Of a stretch of 64,000 nucleotides of DNA, positions 36,906 through 46,239 are shown in pieces. The notes beneath the pieces are model-generated. The model saw only the letters and a program-made list of their open reading frames with translations, was not told where the DNA came from and made no database searches. The position numbers and the translations under genes are program-made. Origin of the DNA: an uncultured Candidatus Micrarchaeota archaeon (GTDB taxonomy: Archaea; Micrarchaeota; Micrarchaeia; Norongarragalinales; CAINOH01); contig CAINOH010000023.1 in NCBI GenBank assembly GCA_903851445.1, positions 10,518-74,517 on the forward strand. The letters are read 5' to 3'. The first letter of the stretch is position 1; each line of letters starts with the position of its first letter.

Positions 36906-37991
36906 TCAAAGCATTTTTTCGAAATCATCGAACAGGAAACGCGTGTCAAGCGGCCCGGGTGCTGCCTCGGGGTGGAACTGGACTGAGAGCGCGGACTTTT
37001 CGTCGCAACGCAGGCCCTCGTTGCTCCTGTCGTTGAGGTTGGTAAGCCAGTCTGTGACTCGCTTTGGTATGTCCTTGACCGCAAAGCCGTGGTTCTGCGA
37101 GGTGAGGAAGCACTTTCCGGAAAGGTTGTCAACAACTGGCTGGTTTGCGCCGCGGTGGCCGAACTTTAGCTTGTAGGTCTTTGCGCCAAGCGCGTGGCCG
37201 AGTATCTGGTGGCCAAGGCAAATCCCGAACACGGGCACCTTGCCGATGATTTCGCGGCAGGAAGCTACTGCGTAGGTCATCAGCGCAGGATCCCCGGGAC
37301 CGTTGGAATATACCACCCCGTCGGGTTTACTTGCAAGGATTTCTTTTCCTTCGGTGTTTGCGGGAACAACTGTGACTTCGCACCCGCGGCTGACAAGCTC
37401 GCGGACGATGCTCATCTTGACACCGCAGTCTACAAGGACAACAGAATGTTTTTGGTGTGCCTTTGGGGAGAATACTTCGGCTTTTTTTCTGCTGACTTTG
37501 GTTACGAAATCGATGTTCGAGTAATCGAAACCCTTCAGCTGCCTCCTTGACGACTCAAGTGCCTCTTCAACTGTGCGGCCTTCAAGCTGGATTATTGCAG
37601 AAGGGACCACGCCGTAGCTTCTCACCTTGGTGACTATCGCGCGGGTGTCCAGGCCAACTACTGCGGGGATGTCGAACTCCGAAAGGAAATCGTCAACGCC
37701 GCGCTCTGAATCCCTATGTACCGGGTGGCTGCAGAACTGTCGGGATACGACTCCTGAAAGGTGGATTTTTCCGGACTCGAAGGCCTCGGGGCTTATCCCG
37801 TAGTTGCCGATGAGCGGGTAGGCAAAAGTCAGGATCTGGCCTGCATAGGATGGGTCGGTGAGCGCTTCCTGGTAGCCGGTCATTCCGGTGTTGAAGACAA
37901 GTTCGCCGTAGGCGTCGTGGGGCGAGCCCATCGAGTCGCCAACATAAAACGACCCGTCCGAAAGGACAAGGACCGCTTTAGGAAGACCCAC
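36906..37991 (-). CDS. carA: carbamoyl-phosphate synthase small (glutaminase) subunit
   Basis: 361 aa with the GATase triad block PVFGICLGHQ and the C-terminal HPE. It uses a GTG start. Confidence 0.9.
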   Translation of the reverse strand: MGLPKAVLVLSDGSFYVGDSMGSPHDAYGELVFNTGMTGYQEALTDPSYAGQILTFAYPLIGNYGISPEAFESGKIHLSGVVSRQFCSHPVHRDSERGVDDFLSEFDIPAVVGLDTRAIVTKVRSYGVVPSAIIQLEGRTVEEALESSRRQLKGFDYSNIDFVTKVSRKKAEVFSPKAHQKHSVVLVDCGVKMSIVRELVSRGCEVTVVPANTEGKEILASKPDGVVYSNGPGDPALMTYAVASCREIIGKVPVFGICLGHQILGHALGAKTYKLKFGHRGANQPVVDNLSGKCFLTSQNHGFAVKDIPKRVTDWLTNLNDRSNEGLRCDEKSALSVQFHPEAAPGPLDTRFLFDDFEKML

Positions 37992-38190
37992 GAGACAAAC
38001 CCCAAAAAAATAATTCGCCGGTTTTTCATTCTTTAAGCTGACGAGTTAATTATACTTTCGTGCAGTGGCTCACCGGCTGTAAGCCTTTACTATAATGGCC
38101 TGGAACGCAATTAATACCTGCTGACCAGAATGCGACAAGAAGGAGGCTTTCTGTCCAAACTGCGACCGATGCCCACGCACAGCCGCAGCG

Positions 38191-38808
38191 CTAGTAGGAG
38201 ACGAATGATATGCGGCAGCTTGCAAGCTTGCGGTAGAACTCGTGGTCCTCGTTCTTTTCGGCCATCTTGACAAACATTATGTCCAGGCCGGTCCAGAAAA
38301 TGAACCAGCCTGCGGGCTCAAAGAATACGAACAGGAATTTGCTGATGAAACTCTGGGAACCAAGCGAAGAGACATAAGTCGCCAAAAGCATGAGGACCAT
38401 GCCTGCTGCAATGTACCATAGGCTCCTGTTCCGCATCCTGTTCAGTTCGGTGTGGACGTGGTGCAGGCCGCCCTTGAAGTACGCGCTTATCCTGCGCCGG
38501 ATGACCTCCTCGTCCTGCGGCCTGCGGCGCGCCTTTGGCACCATCAACTTAAGCTCAACAGAGCTTGCCTTCTGGCGGCTTGCGCGCCTGACCTCGTCGA
38601 TGAAGTCAACAGAAAGTTCGCGGACCGAAAACGGCCGGGGGTCGAAGTCGGAGAAGATGTCGCCGTAATCGCTTGTGATTATGCTGATTTCCGAGCTGTG
38701 GAGCTGCGAAAGCCGCTTGACCTCAAGGTAGTCCCTGTCATTTTCGACGTCATCGTCCTTGTCAAGGCCCTGGCGAATATTTTGGCGAATAATCCGTGGC
38801 GAAACCAT
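38191..38808 (-). CDS. conserved hypothetical 2-TM protein (paralogue A)
   Basis: 205 aa. It shares the motifs ISII..Y.DIFSDFDPRP, FEPAGWF and the C-terminal ISF[VI]SY with the neighbouring gene 38922-39590. Confidence 0.6.
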   Translation of the reverse strand: MVSPRIIRQNIRQGLDKDDDVENDRDYLEVKRLSQLHSSEISIITSDYGDIFSDFDPRPFSVRELSVDFIDEVRRASRQKASSVELKLMVPKARRRPQDEEVIRRRISAYFKGGLHHVHTELNRMRNRSLWYIAAGMVLMLLATYVSSLGSQSFISKFLFVFFEPAGWFIFWTGLDIMFVKMAEKNEDHEFYRKLASCRISFVSY

Positions 38809-38921
38809 TGCGACAAACCATCCCCTGGCAGGCGAAATGCCGGCAGGCCAAGGGGGTAACGAAAGCCGGATATTAAAGCCATTTGGAAAGCCGGAGACCC
38901 GGATGCAGTCGGGTCCAAAAC

Positions 38922-39590
38922 TCAGTAGGAGATGAAGCTGATTTCGCTGTTTGACATCTTGTGGTAGAAGTCGCGCTCCTCATAGCGCGAGGAGGGCTGC
39001 AAAAACAGGTAGTCAAAGCCATTCCACAGGGTAAACCACCCGGCTGGCTCGAAAAGGAAAAGGAAGAAAGTCTGAACAAGGCCCGCAGGGACAACCGAGA
39101 GCATGAGCACTACCAAGGTGAGAATGACCACGCCGACAAGTATGAACAGGCCGCCCTTCTTTCGCATCTTCAACACGTCCCTGTTGATTTGCTCAACTGT
39201 GTTACGGTAGTGCGCCTTCACCCGCTTTTTGATTACGGTCTCCTGCTCGGGCTTGCGGAGGGCTTCAGGCATCATCACCTTAAGCTCAATCTTGGAGCCC
39301 TTGTGACGGGTCGCTTTCTTGACCTCCAAAAGGAAGTCGTCGGAAAGCGAGCGCACGTCGTAAGGCCGCGGGTCGAAGTCCGAGAAGATGTCGTCGTAAG
39401 TGTCGAGGATTATGCTGATTTCGGAAAGCTGTAGGAGGCGCTGCTTCTCGGCATCGGAAATGTCCACAAGCGGAGTTGTTGGCGCGGCCTGCTTCTGGCC
39501 GGCGTGCACAGGCTGCGCTGGCTGCCTGGCATCCTTCTGGGGCTCGTGGGGCTGTTGGGAGCTTTGCTGTGCTTGGGGCGAGTTAGGCAT
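38922..39590 (-). CDS. conserved hypothetical 2-TM protein (paralogue B)
   Basis: 222 aa with the same architecture as 38191-38808, plus a Gln/Pro-rich N-terminus. Confidence 0.6.
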   Translation of the reverse strand: MPNSPQAQQSSQQPHEPQKDARQPAQPVHAGQKQAAPTTPLVDISDAEKQRLLQLSEISIILDTYDDIFSDFDPRPYDVRSLSDDFLLEVKKATRHKGSKIELKVMMPEALRKPEQETVIKKRVKAHYRNTVEQINRDVLKMRKKGGLFILVGVVILTLVVLMLSVVPAGLVQTFFLFLFEPAGWFTLWNGFDYLFLQPSSRYEERDFYHKMSNSEISFISY

Positions 39591-39693
39591 ATGGTAATCA
39601 CTAAATCAATCAGATAGTACTTATGGCTGGCAAGCCATATAACAGCATTGGACATTTAAAGGGGTTAAAACCGGTTTTCCGAAAAAAGACTGC

Positions 39694-40026
39694 TTATTTC
39701 GCAATCCTTGCCTCGGCCTTCTTGGTGTCCCACAGGTTGCCTATGGCGCCCGAGATTTTCCACGTTCGGATGGCAATCGGCGTTGCCGCGTGGACGGACT
39801 TCAAGGCAAGGCACGCCAGCACCTCCTTGAGCATCAAAGTCTGGCACTTGACTATGCCCCGCTGGCCTTCCTCGTCGAACTCCTTGAGGAACGCCTTTGC
39901 TTTGCTTGCGCCAAGCTCGCCAACGCCCTCCAGGAGGGCGGATTGCACTAGCTTTGAAGCGTCAACCTTGGAGAGCTTTTGCTGGGATTCGAACGAGACG
40001 AGTATGTAGCGCTTCTTTTCCTGCAT
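39694..40026 (-). CDS. rnp2: RNase P protein component 2 (Pop5 family)
   Basis: 110 aa. It has the pattern RYILVSFES...GELGASKA...RGIVKCQ...ALKS...I..W.ISGAIGN, as seen in archaeal Pop5/Rpp14. Confidence 0.55.
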   Translation of the reverse strand: MQEKKRYILVSFESQQKLSKVDASKLVQSALLEGVGELGASKAKAFLKEFDEEGQRGIVKCQTLMLKEVLACLALKSVHAATPIAIRTWKISGAIGNLWDTKKAEARIAK

Positions 40027-40075
40027 TTGCGATTCAACTGTTTGGAAATGAATAAAGGGAAAACGGGAAGAAAAA

Positions 40076-40552
40076 TCAGGCCACGAAGGAGGAAAGCTCC
40101 AAAAGCTCTTCCGAAGAGTATGCGCGCTCGCAATAGGCGCAGCGAACGTGCAGCGGGCTCTTGCGCTCGACCTTCAAAAGCGGTCGGCCTTCCTTGTTGG
40201 ATATGCACTTTGGGTTGGGGCAGCGGATGACGTCCTCAAAAGCGTCGGGAACGGAAATCTTGCGCTTCTTCACAATCTGGAACTCGTGCACGAAGTTCAC
40301 CGTCGCGGCAGGCGCGATGAGCGCAATCTTGTTGATTTCCTTCTCCTCTAGCGCGCGCTCCTCAATCTTGATGATGTCCTTGAGCCCCATGGTTGTGCTC
40401 GGCGTGTTCATTACCATGCTTACTGTTGCGTGGAAGCCCTCGCCAATGCCGAGGATGGAAAGCACGGCCAGCCCCTTGCCCTTCGGGATGTGGTCTATGA
40501 CCACGCCGTTCTCAATCTTCTTTATCTTCATCTTGTCCTGTTCGGAGTCCAT
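40076..40552 (-). CDS. pyrI: aspartate carbamoyltransferase regulatory subunit
   Basis: 158 aa from ATG 40552, with KIKKIENGVVIDHIP and a C-terminal Zn domain (CPNPKCI...CAYCE). Confidence 0.88.
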   Translation of the reverse strand: MDSEQDKMKIKKIENGVVIDHIPKGKGLAVLSILGIGEGFHATVSMVMNTPSTTMGLKDIIKIEERALEEKEINKIALIAPAATVNFVHEFQIVKKRKISVPDAFEDVIRCPNPKCISNKEGRPLLKVERKSPLHVRCAYCERAYSSEELLELSSFVA

Positions 40553-40573
40553 AAAGCGCAACAACCCTCTTGT

Positions 40574-41485
40574 TCATCCAAGGACCGAGTCCAGTATCGC
40601 CATGCGCACCGGGATGCCGTTTGCCTCCTGCGCAAAGTAGGCGGCCTGCGGAAGCGAGTCAACCTCGGTTGCAATCTCGTCAACGCGCGGGAATGGGTGC
40701 ATTATGATGGCGTCGTCCTTCATCTTGCGCACAGACTCGGCGTCGATTACGTAAGAGTAGCGTTCGGCTTCCTCCGGGTCGTCGAAGCGCTCCTTCTGGA
40801 TTCGCGTCGCGTAGACCACGTCGGAATTCGAAAGGTCAAGCGACTCAAGCTCCACAACCTTGACCTTTTCGGATATGTCATTGAGTATGATTTGCGGAAG
40901 CTTGAGCTGCGGAGGCGACCACATCTCGATTGTGCAGTCGAAGTTCGCAAGCGCGTAGCAAAGCGAGTGGATGGTGCGGCCGTTCTTGAGGTCGCCAATC
41001 ATTGAAATAGTCAGGCCGTCAAGCTTGCCCTTCTTTTGGAACATCGTGTAGGTGTCCAGAAGAGCCTGCGTGGGGTGCTGGTTCGCGCCGTCGCCGCCGT
41101 TTATGACAGGGATGCTTGCCGCGTCAGCAGCAAGCCTTGCGGCGCCCTCAAGCGAGTGCCTGATTACGATTACGTCGGCGCAGGACTCGACCATGCGGAT
41201 GGTGTCGTACACTGTCTCGCCCTTTGAAACTGAAGTTGTGTCCGCGTCGGAGAATGCGATTATGCTCCCTCCAAGACGCTGCATCGCAGTCTGGAAGGAA
41301 AATTGCGTGCGGGTTGACGGCTCGAAAAACAGCGACGCGAGGACCTTGCCCGAATGCTTGTCGTAGGACTTCTTGTGTGTCACCGCGTCATCGTATTTCT
41401 TGGCCTTGTGCCAGATTTGCTCGATTGCCTCGCGGGGAACGTCCCTTGTGCTCAGGATGTCCCTTCCAGCCCAGTAGTCCGCCAT
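40574..41485 (-). CDS. pyrB: aspartate carbamoyltransferase catalytic subunit
   Basis: 303 aa with FFEPSTRTQFSF, the HPTQ block and HPFPR. Confidence 0.92.
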   Translation of the reverse strand: MADYWAGRDILSTRDVPREAIEQIWHKAKKYDDAVTHKKSYDKHSGKVLASLFFEPSTRTQFSFQTAMQRLGGSIIAFSDADTTSVSKGETVYDTIRMVESCADVIVIRHSLEGAARLAADAASIPVINGGDGANQHPTQALLDTYTMFQKKGKLDGLTISMIGDLKNGRTIHSLCYALANFDCTIEMWSPPQLKLPQIILNDISEKVKVVELESLDLSNSDVVYATRIQKERFDDPEEAERYSYVIDAESVRKMKDDAIIMHPFPRVDEIATEVDSLPQAAYFAQEANGIPVRMAILDSVLG

Positions 41486-41594
41486 AATAGTGCCACACCC
41501 AAAAAAGCGCTTGGAACCCTCAACGGGTTGTCAGAACAAACAATGCCTCCAATAGCATAAAAGTGTATTGTGTGCCTGCTGGCCTGACGCGGTT

Positions 41595-42938
41595 TTACCC
41601 TCGGGCCGCGAGCTTCCCCTCGCCCCGCGCAAGGCAGACGTTCTCACCGTCAAAAGCGAGCTTGCCTCCGAGGATGGTCTTTTCGACGCTTGCGCGAAGC
41701 TTCCTGCCCTCGAACGGGGTCCAGCCGGCCTTTGAAAGCTGATCCTCCACGCGGACGACGCGCTCCTTTTTGAGGTCAACAAGGATGATGTCAGCGTCAA
41801 AGCCCTGTGCAATGGTGCCTTTTGTGGGCAGGCCGAATATGCGAGCGGGATTGGTTGCGCAATAGCGCACCATTTGCGCAAGGGAGATGAGGTTGTGGTT
41901 TGCGGCATCAAGCATCAGCGGGACGCGAAGCTGCACCCCGGGCACTCCTGACGGCGCCTGCCAGTAGTCCTGCTCCTTCTCCTTTATGGTGTGCGGCGCG
42001 TGGTCGGATGCGATGCAGTCTATTGGCGAACGCTCCTTGGAAAGCTCGTCCCAGACTGAGGCCACGTCAAGCCGCGAGCGCAGGGGCGGGTTGACCTTGC
42101 CGTAGTTGCCAAGCGCCCTGGCATCGTGCTCGGTGAGGAATAGGTGGTGCGTGCAGACCTCAAGCGTGACCGGCACGCCGCCGTTCTTGTACGTCGAGAC
42201 TATGTCAAGCTCGGCCTTTGTTGAGGCGTGGCAGATGTGCACGCCCCTGTGGGCCTTGGAAACTGCATCGCAGGTCGCCTCGACCGAGATTGCGGCTGTG
42301 ATCGGGCTGCGGATTATGTTGTGGTACTCGACCTTGCCCTTGGGATCGCGCTTTTTGTATTCTTCGGTGAGCTTGCGTATTTCGCGCTCGTCTTCTGCGT
42401 GTACGCACACAGGAAATTCCGCAGGTAGGGTGGAAAGGTGCTTCTGGAAATCAGCAACGTGCTCAATCAGCAGGTCGCCGGTGCTTGAGCCTAAGTAGAC
42501 TTTGACTGCAAACACAGCGGGGTTCTTGATTGCCTCTGCTGCAACCTCCTGGTTTTGCGGGGTAGCGCCAAAGTAGAGGCCGTAGTCGCACACCGCCTTC
42601 TTCCGAACCATCGCAACCTTTTCCTTTAGCCGGGCAAGGGTAGAGATTGACGGTGCGTTGTTAGGCATGTCCAGAATGGTGGTGGTTCCTCCGGCGAGGG
42701 CGGAGGCGGTTCCCGTGTAGAAGTCCTCCTTCGCAGTCTGGCCCGGGTCGCGGAAATGAACGTGCGGGTCCACCATCCCCGGCAGGGCCACCAACCCCTT
42801 GCAGTCGATTTTCTCGTCGAAACTGCCGGAGATGGCTGAGCGGGATATTTTCCTGATTTTGCCGGACTCGTCGGATGCGATGTTGCACTCTACAAGCGAG
42901 TCGTGCACGAGCACGCGGCAGTTCGAAAGCAGGAGCAT
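41595..42938 (-). CDS. pyrC: dihydroorotase
   Basis: 447 aa with amidohydrolase motifs VDPHVHFRDPG and ASDHAPH. A TTTATAC box lies 22-28 nt upstream of the ATG. Confidence 0.88.
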   Translation of the reverse strand: MLLLSNCRVLVHDSLVECNIASDESGKIRKISRSAISGSFDEKIDCKGLVALPGMVDPHVHFRDPGQTAKEDFYTGTASALAGGTTTILDMPNNAPSISTLARLKEKVAMVRKKAVCDYGLYFGATPQNQEVAAEAIKNPAVFAVKVYLGSSTGDLLIEHVADFQKHLSTLPAEFPVCVHAEDEREIRKLTEEYKKRDPKGKVEYHNIIRSPITAAISVEATCDAVSKAHRGVHICHASTKAELDIVSTYKNGGVPVTLEVCTHHLFLTEHDARALGNYGKVNPPLRSRLDVASVWDELSKERSPIDCIASDHAPHTIKEKEQDYWQAPSGVPGVQLRVPLMLDAANHNLISLAQMVRYCATNPARIFGLPTKGTIAQGFDADIILVDLKKERVVRVEDQLSKAGWTPFEGRKLRASVEKTILGGKLAFDGENVCLARGEGKLAARG

Positions 42939-43173
42939 AAGCAGATTTTGCTTTGGCAGTATAAAGCACTATTGGCACCCTGCCGGCGCAGGCCGATGCC
43001 TTACTATTATAAATGGGGTTTTGCACTAAATATGGGTAAGAAGTGAAAGGAAACTAAGCTCGCCGAAAGGCGCTTTGTTGTTTTTGTTTGAAGGCCAAGG
43101 TAACCGCAGGCTGAATCGCCCCGCTCCTGGCCGTTGAAAAGTTTTTGACTAAAAGTAAAAGGAGTGGTTGAAT

Positions 43174-43893
43174 ATGTATCCTCCACAGCAGTCCCAATAC
43201 GACCGCGCGATAACCGTGTTCTCGCCCGACGGTAGGCTCTTCCAGGTCGAGTACGCGCGCGAGGCAGTTAAGACCGGAAGCACCAGCATTGGAATCGTCT
43301 CAAAGGACGGCGTTGCGATGGTTGCTCACAAGCGCATCTCCTCGTCGCTCATAGTCGGCGACTCGCACGAGAAAATCTTCACAATTGACAACCACGTCAT
43401 TGCATCCTCCTCCGGCCTTGTTGCCGACGCGCGAAAGCTCGTCGACTTTGCCAGGCTCGAGTCGCAGAAGCACAAGCTTACCTTTGACGAGGAAATCTCG
43501 GTGGAGTACCTTGCAAAGCAGGTGGGCGACCACATCCAGTTCTTCACCCAGGTTGCCGGCGTGCGGCCGTACGGCGTGTCGCTTTTGCTTGCTGGAGTTG
43601 GAAGCACTGGCGCGCGGCTCTTCGAGACCGACCCGTCAGGCGCAATTTTCGAGTACAAGGCAACAGCAATAGGCAGCGGAAAGAAGGGAGTTGAGCAGTT
43701 CTTCGAAAAGGAGTACAAGGACGGCCTCTCGATGGACGATGCAATCAGGCTTGCAATCAAGGCGCTCAAGAAGGTGACCGAGGACAAGCTGTCGCCGCAG
43801 GTCATTGACGTTTCAATAGTAGAGTCGAAGACCAGGAAGTCACGCGACCTTTCAACAGAGGAGGTTGCGAAGTTCATGGCGGACTCGAAGTAG
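43174..43893 (+). CDS. psmA: proteasome subunit alpha
   Basis: 239 aa from ATG 43174 (the track start is TTG two codons upstream). It carries YDRAITVFSPDGRLFQVEYA, and AAGGAGTGG lies about 8 nt upstream. Confidence 0.93.
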   Translation: MYPPQQSQYDRAITVFSPDGRLFQVEYAREAVKTGSTSIGIVSKDGVAMVAHKRISSSLIVGDSHEKIFTIDNHVIASSSGLVADARKLVDFARLESQKHKLTFDEEISVEYLAKQVGDHIQFFTQVAGVRPYGVSLLLAGVGSTGARLFETDPSGAIFEYKATAIGSGKKGVEQFFEKEYKDGLSMDDAIRLAIKALKKVTEDKLSPQVIDVSIVESKTRKSRDLSTEEVAKFMADSK

Positions 43894-43921
43894 GCAACAC
43901 GGATTTAGGGATAGAGGACTT

Positions 43922-44617
43922 ATGTCCCACATTGAAAACACGATAATCGCCCGGCTTGAAAAAGCGGGCGAAACTTTCGAAATACTCGTGGACCCCAAGA
44001 AGGGTTACGAATACAAGACAGGCGCCAAGAAGGAGCTCGACAACGTCCTCGTGTTCGAGGAAGTGTTCAAGAACGCCAACAAGGGCGAGCGGCACACCGG
44101 TGCTGCGCTCAAGAAGGCCTTCGGGACGGAAGACGTACGCGCGATTGCGGACATCATCTTCAAGGATGGCGAACTGCAGCTCACAACAGACCAGAGGCGC
44201 AAGCTCCTGGAGGAAAAAAGGGTCAAGATAATCGCGCTGATTGCGCGCTCGGTCATAGACCCGCGCACCAAGGCGCCTCACCCGCCCGCAAGGATTGAGG
44301 CTGCTATGGAGCAGGCGCGAGTCCACATCGACGCTTTCAAGAGCGCGGAAGAGCAGGTCGGAAAAATCATCGAGGAGCTGCGGGAAATCATCCCCATCTC
44401 AACCGCTTCGGTGAAGGTGGCAATCAAGGTGCCGGCGAATTTCGTGCACCGGTGCTACTCGGCGCTGAAGGAGTACGGGATAAAGAAGGAGGAATACGCC
44501 TCGGACGGCTCGCTGATCGTGATGATAGAAATCCCGGCGGCAATCCAGGAAGAGGTCTATGACAGGCTCAACGGCCTGACGCAGGGCGCGATCCAGACGC
44601 GCCTTGTGGAAAGATAG
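43922..44617 (+). CDS. sdo1: SBDS-family ribosome maturation protein
   Basis: 231 aa from the internal ATG (MSHIENTIIARLEKAGETFEILVDP). It occupies the conserved position in the exosome superoperon. Confidence 0.8.
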   Translation: MSHIENTIIARLEKAGETFEILVDPKKGYEYKTGAKKELDNVLVFEEVFKNANKGERHTGAALKKAFGTEDVRAIADIIFKDGELQLTTDQRRKLLEEKRVKIIALIARSVIDPRTKAPHPPARIEAAMEQARVHIDAFKSAEEQVGKIIEELREIIPISTASVKVAIKVPANFVHRCYSALKEYGIKKEEYASDGSLIVMIEIPAAIQEEVYDRLNGLTQGAIQTRLVER

Positions 44618-44729
44618 GCAGGAAAAAAGGAAATCGGAAGCCAAAGAAGGCACAACCCGGAAAGTAAGAATGAAAAAAACAGGAAAGAAATGCAAAATAT
44701 TCATTTTGATTTGGAAAAAGGTGCAATGA

Positions 44730-45395
44730 ATGGAAAAACAACTGATATTGCCCGGCGCCCTTGCGGCTACAACCCCGCGAAGGATGGACGGGTGCTACGT
44801 TGACGACGGCAAGACATTCGTCTCTGTTGTCAGCCTCAAGGCTGGCGACAAGATAATCCCCCTCAAGGGGCACTACGTGCCGCGCATCGGCGACTACATA
44901 ATCGGCATCATCTCGGAAGAGAGGTTCTCTGGCTACGAGGTTGACATCAACGCGCCGTTCCCCTCGACAATCTCAGCCCGCGACATCCGCGAGACGTTCC
45001 AGGTGGGCGACGTGGTCTCGGCCAAGGTGCGCATGGTGGACGAGGTGCACACGGCGCAGCTTGTTGAGCCGCGCAAGCTCTTCGCAGGCAGGCTCATCGA
45101 GATTGAGAGCGTCAAGGTGCCGCGCGTAATCGGCCGCAACGGCAGCATGCTCGCGCTCATAAAGGAGTACACCGGCTCGGACGTCTTCGTGGGCAAGAAC
45201 GGCCGCATCTATGTAAAGAACGGCGACATCGCGCTCTCGGTGATGGCCCTTTTGAAGATTTCAAGCGAGGCGCACACCAGCGGCCTTACTGACCGCATAA
45301 AGGAGCTCCTTGAAGTGGAGTCGAAAAAGTCGCCGCAGAACCACGTGGCGCCTAGGCCGGCAGTGCAGGAAAGGCCTCCCGCCGGAATGTACTAA
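44730..45395 (+). CDS. rrp4: exosome complex RNA-binding subunit Rrp4 (S1 + KH)
   Basis: 221 aa with an S1-like core (GDYIIGIISE..GYEVDI) and a KH GxxG (VIGRNGSML). Confidence 0.85.
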   Translation: MEKQLILPGALAATTPRRMDGCYVDDGKTFVSVVSLKAGDKIIPLKGHYVPRIGDYIIGIISEERFSGYEVDINAPFPSTISARDIRETFQVGDVVSAKVRMVDEVHTAQLVEPRKLFAGRLIEIESVKVPRVIGRNGSMLALIKEYTGSDVFVGKNGRIYVKNGDIALSVMALLKISSEAHTSGLTDRIKELLEVESKKSPQNHVAPRPAVQERPPAGMY

Positions 45396-45421
45396 AATTA
45401 TTTTTGAATGGTGATTTGAAT

Positions 45422-46210
45422 ATGGCAGAAGAAGAGACGGCCGCGATGGCTCCGGGCAAGGCGCCAAAGAAGCTCATCGAGAACGGCATCCGCAACGACG
45501 GCCGCAAGCCCGAGGACTTGCGCAACCTGAAGATTACTGTAGGCGTGCTCAAGAAGGCAGCCGGCTCGGCGCTCATTGAGTGGGGGAAGAACCGCATCAT
45601 GGCCGGGGTATACGGCCCGCGCGAGGTTTTTCCCAAGCACAACATGAACCCCAACAAGGCGATCATAAACTGCAGGTACGCGATGGTGCCGTTCTCCTCG
45701 CTTGAGGAGCACGGACGGTTCGGGCCCAACCGCAGGGCAATCGAGATTGGCAAGGTCGGAAAGCACGTGTTTGAGAACGCAATCCTCACCGAGCAGTTCC
45801 CGAAGACCATGATTGACATCAACATCGACGTGCTGCAAAGCGACGGCGGGACCCGCGTAGCCGGGATTGTCGCCGCTGCGCTTGCGCTTGTTGACGCTGG
45901 AATCCCGATGAGGGACATCCCCTGCGGAGTGTCCGTAGGCAAGGTCGACGGAACGCTTGTCGCAGACTTGGACAAGACCGAGGACAACCTCGGACAGAGC
46001 GACATGCCGGTCATATTCTCACCCCGCACCTGGGACATCCTGCTCTTGCAGATGGACGGCATGCTGACCAAGAAGGAAGTGATGGACGGCATCGACCTTG
46101 CGCGCATCGCCACCCAGAGGGTGCACGAGATGCAGGTTGCGGCGCTCGAGGCAAAGTACGGCGCAGCAGCCGCAGGCGACGACGACTCACAGGACGAGTC
46201 GGCCGCATAA
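45422..46210 (+). CDS. rrp41: exosome complex exonuclease Rrp41 (RNase PH fold)
   Basis: 262 aa from ATG 45422, with RNDGRKPEDLR, GSALIEWGKNRIMAGVYGPRE and DGGTR. Confidence 0.88.
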   Translation: MAEEETAAMAPGKAPKKLIENGIRNDGRKPEDLRNLKITVGVLKKAAGSALIEWGKNRIMAGVYGPREVFPKHNMNPNKAIINCRYAMVPFSSLEEHGRFGPNRRAIEIGKVGKHVFENAILTEQFPKTMIDINIDVLQSDGGTRVAGIVAAALALVDAGIPMRDIPCGVSVGKVDGTLVADLDKTEDNLGQSDMPVIFSPRTWDILLLQMDGMLTKKEVMDGIDLARIATQRVHEMQVAALEAKYGAAAAGDDDSQDESAA

Positions 46211-46239
46211 GTTTTACGCTAAAAGACGGTGAATGAAAG

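Noticed and set aside
38037-38190. The roughly 150-nt spacer upstream of carA, inspected for a tRNA, a C/D sRNA or other structured RNA.
   Set aside because: I found no cloverleaf, no box motifs on either strand and no convincing stem. It is probably just the promoter and terminator region.
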